In this document: positions 63,235 to 64,000 of the stretch, one piece after another
Layout: every line of letters begins with the position of its first letter
How positions within the stretch are numbered: position 1 is the stretch's first letter
Source: a bacterium
GTDB lineage: Bacteria; UBA8248; JACPRG01; G963555815
Length of the DNA stretch: 64,000 nt
NCBI GenBank assembly: GCA_965261595.1
Contig: CBDHDG010000005.1
Span: 1,055,736-1,119,735 of the forward strand
Direction: 5' to 3'
Translations under genes and position numbers: made by a program
Notes under the pieces: generated by a model
Databases searched by the model: none
Seen by the model: the letters and a program-made list of their open reading frames with translations, nothing else
Told to the model about the DNA's origin: nothing

Positions 63235-63461
63235 CGCGCCGTCCTCCGCCCGGCCTCGCCGTCGTCCGAGGTCGAGATCCGCCGCCGCGCCGAGGCCCAG
63301 GTCTCCAGATCGGCGAGCAGGTAGCGCACCCGGGACCCGAACCGGTGGAACACCGGTCCCGCGCCACTCACCCGGTAGCGGTCCAGCGTCCTCGGCGAGA
63401 GGCCCAGCCATGCGGCCGCCTCCCGTGTGCTCAGGTAATGCCTGCCGTTGTTGTCGTTCAT
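63231..63461 (-). CDS. HTH_17 excisionase/AlpA-like DNA-binding protein
   Basis: YLSTREAAAWLGLSPRTLDRYR..GAGP.F.RFGSRVRY. Confidence 0.85.
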   Translation of the reverse strand: MNDNNGRHYLSTREAAAWLGLSPRTLDRYRVSGAGPVFHRFGSRVRYLLADLETWASARRRISTSDDGEAGRRTAR

Positions 63462-63993
63462 GCGCGTGTCTCCTTCTCGTTCGAGGTCGGCCCCGGACCC
63501 GGCAGGCGGGACCGGAGCGGTGGATGGACCGGGCAGGATCGCCCGGCGGATGGGTTCGCTGCGTCCGTCACCCCGGCGCGGATGGCTCGGGCCTCTTCCG
63601 CGCTGGCCTGGGCCGCCATCCAGGCGCGCACCCGATCGACCGTGGTCAGCCGCGGCGACACTCCCCGGCGCAGCCTTCCCATGAAGGACGGATTGCCGAC
63701 AGCCTCCAGGCCCAATACCGAGAGCTTGGTCCCGGTCACGGTCAGGAAACGCCTCGACCTCGCGCCGGAACACAGGGCCCCAGAGGCGGATGCCCCATGA
63801 AGACCAGGACCCGGTCCGCCGTCGCCAGCCGCACCGAGCGTCCCCGCATCTGGGAGGCCACGAAACCCGGGTCCCCGAGGGCCTCCAGGCCGAAGCGCCG
63901 GGCGCTCATGCCGTGGCGTACGCGCCAGGCCGCAACGGTCCGGCGCAGGCGCTCGTCGAAAGGCATATCGGAGGGGGTGCCGGGCGTTATCAT
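63458..63993 (-). pseudogene. Tandem-repeat HTH-like protein, frameshifted
   Basis: Two copies of GLEAxGxPxF...RGxSxRLxTxDRV, split across frames near 63740-63775. Confidence 0.65.
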
Positions 63994-64000
63994 GTGTGAG

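Overview
The whole window looks like part of one GC-rich conjugative element of the F-type T4SS / MOB_F class. It cannot be called ICE or plasmid, because no intact integrase or rep gene is visible. From 1 to 18 kb lies a putative leading region: strawberry-notch helicase/methylase, ssb, Toprim primase-like gene, DUF2493 SLOG gene and small ORFs, interrupted by IS scars, an amidohydrolase and a PD-(D/E)XK nuclease. It ends at a candidate MOB_F nic site near 18010. From 20 to 31 kb is a complete type I-E CRISPR-Cas locus with 44 repeats and 43 spacers; its last repeat is fused directly to the first 19 codons of a second relaxase gene, followed by a truncated second traD. From 33 to 41 kb is an IS-riddled defence island with two PD-(D/E)XK nucleases and an AbiEi / AbiEii-WYL-(Zn finger) / PIN operon. 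From 41 to 64 kb are the relaxase, coupling protein, a candidate entry-exclusion gene and the tra operon, whose traC-to-traE part carries many single-base frameshifts. The best novelty candidates are the AbiEii-WYL-Zn-finger/PIN operon, the CRISPR-relaxase junction and the oriT with its leading-region small genes. All family calls are by-eye motif recognition; no database search was run.
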